Below, piece after piece: positions 42,186 to 43,162 of a DNA stretch of 43,162 nt (position 1 is the first letter of the stretch; each line of letters opens with the position of its first letter). The notes under the pieces are model-generated. The model saw only the letters and a list, made by a program, of their open reading frames with translations. It did no database searches and was not told the DNA's origin. The position numbers and the translations under genes are program-made. Origin of the DNA: an uncultured Oscillospiraceae bacterium (GTDB taxonomy: Bacteria; Bacillota; Clostridia; Oscillospirales; Oscillospiraceae); the NCBI GenBank assembly GCA_964605075.1, contig CAZSAX010000001.1, forward strand, positions 1-43,162, read 5' to 3'.

Positions 42186-42337
42186 AACAACGTCCTCCTT
42201 TTGCGGGATTTTGTGGGATTGATTCCCCTTGGGTGGGCATAGAATACCAGTGCTGTGGATAGATGTGAAAGAAATAATTTTGCTTGCGCTTTGAAAAAAG
42301 TCTTTCTATAATTAAAGCAGTAAAGGAGGAAAAATCC

Positions 42338-43162
42338 ATGGACGAGAGAGCATTTTCCAAAGTACTTGTCGCCAACCGCGGCGAGATCGCCATCCGCATT
42401 TTCCGCGCCTGCTACGACCTTGGTCTGCACACCGTGGCCATGTATTCCAAAGAAGACACCATGAGCCTGTTCCGCACCCGCGCGGACGAGGCCTATCTGA
42501 TTGCCGAAAACGACACGCCTCTGGGGGCGTATCTGAATATCAATGAGATCATCAGTCTGGCCAAGCGCCGGGGGGTGGACGCCATCCATCCCGGCTATGG
42601 CTTCCTGTCCGAAAACGCCAACTTTGCCCGGGCCTGCGAGGAGGCAGGCATCAAATTCATCGGCCCCCCCTCGGACATTCTGGACAAAATGGGCGACAAG
42701 CTCTCGGCCAAGCAGATGGCCATCGAGTGCGGCGTGCCCATCATCCCCGGTTCCAAGGTGCCTCTGAAAGACGGTCAGGAGGCGCTGGAGAAGGCCAAAG
42801 AATACGGCTTCCCCATCATCCTCAAGGCGGCCGCCGGCGGCGGCGGCCGGGGTATGCGCCGCTGCGACCGGGAGGAAGAGGTCATTCCGGCCTTTGATCT
42901 GGTGCAGTCCGAGGCGGAAAAGGCCTTTGGCTGCGGCGATATCTTTATCGAGAAATACCTGGTGGAGCCCAAGCACATCGAAGTGCAGGTGCTGGCCGAC
43001 GAATACGGCAACTGCTACCATCTGGGCGAGCGGGATTGTTCCCTTCAGCGCCGCTACCAGAAAGTCGTTGAGTACGCGCCGGCCTGGTCGATCCCCGAAG
43101 AGACCCGGGAAAAGATCCGGGCGGACGCGGTGAAGATCGCCAAGCATGTGGGCTATGTCAAC
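42338..43162 (+). CDS. pyc: Pyruvate carboxylase, N-terminal biotin-carboxylase domain (3' end outside the window)
   Basis: ATG 42338 follows AAAGGAGGA. FSKVLVANRGEIAIRIFRAC, DAIHPGYGFLSEN, ILKAAAGGGGRGMR and LGERDCSLQRRYQKVVEYAP are ATP-grasp biotin carboxylase motifs. The frame is open to the window edge, so it is absent from the ORF track. An acetyl-CoA carboxylase AccC cannot be fully excluded. Confidence 0.8.
   Translation, partial: MDERAFSKVLVANRGEIAIRIFRACYDLGLHTVAMYSKEDTMSLFRTRADEAYLIAENDTPLGAYLNINEIISLAKRRGVDAIHPGYGFLSENANFARACEEAGIKFIGPPSDILDKMGDKLSAKQMAIECGVPIIPGSKVPLKDGQEALEKAKEYGFPIILKAAAGGGGRGMRRCDREEEVIPAFDLVQSEAEKAFGCGDIFIEKYLVEPKHIEVQVLADEYGNCYHLGERDCSLQRRYQKVVEYAPAWSIPEETREKIRADAVKIAKHVGYVN

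Noticed and set aside
42155-43147. 330-aa reverse-strand ORF.
   Set aside because: It is antisense to the pyruvate carboxylase biotin-carboxylase domain, whose forward translation shows canonical ATP-grasp motifs.
1-43162. Scan for CRISPR arrays, rRNA genes, an intact integrase or transposase, and retron or reverse-transcriptase genes.
   Set aside because: I found no regularly spaced direct repeats with unique spacers, no rRNA-like sequence, and no ORF with tyrosine/serine recombinase, intact DDE or RT motifs. The only tandem or direct repeats are those listed as features.

Overview
This window looks like a high-GC Firmicutes (Clostridia-like) chromosome and falls into three compositional blocks. 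I counted GC on three single 60-nt lines only: about 48% at 12001, 35% at 25021 and 68% at 34201.

(1) 1-22.9 kb is one co-directional, mid-GC locus encoding an atypical type VII secretion system of the T7SSb type.
- It starts with a giant 1978-aa Ig-repeat surface protein.
- Next come a VWA-TM-FHA protein, a second FHA protein, a TadZ/CpaE-like receiver plus ParA/MinD ATPase, a YukD/EsaB ubiquitin-like protein, a 1507-aa EssC ATPase and a WXG100 protein.
- Three cargo modules follow. Their large proteins carry N-terminal domains I do not recognise. One has a glycine-zipper C-terminus and one has a papain-like amidase C-terminus.
- No ORF has the architecture of EssA, EssB/YukC or EsaA/YueB.

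(2) 22.9-27.3 kb is a decayed mobile-DNA junction.
- It holds an IS3-family transposase remnant with in-frame stops and an NlpC/P60 C-terminal fragment.
- It also holds a low-GC restriction-modification module: a solitary Phd/YefM-like gene, a fused PD-(D/E)xK nuclease/N6-adenine methyltransferase, and a half-size S subunit.
- It ends in four copies of an 11-mer next to a 13-codon stub of an LMW phosphotyrosine phosphatase-like gene.

(3) 27.3-43.2 kb is ordinary high-GC housekeeping DNA.
- Genes include a polyprenol/CDP-diglyceride-type kinase-like membrane protein, a CDF-like membrane protein, a secreted alpha/beta hydrolase and a CoA-disulfide-reductase-like flavoprotein with a rhodanese domain.
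- There is also an NMT1-type ABC transporter headed by a TM1266-like small protein, plus DUF1653, a PlsC-type acyltransferase, BrnQ and a triplicated lipoprotein.
- It ends with a Gly-Arg-His-Gln-Lys tRNA cluster, an AI-2E/YtvI-like permease and the 5' end of pyruvate carboxylase.

I saw no CRISPR array, rRNA, intact transposase or integrase. All family calls come from motif recognition by eye. No database search was possible, so novelty is unverified.
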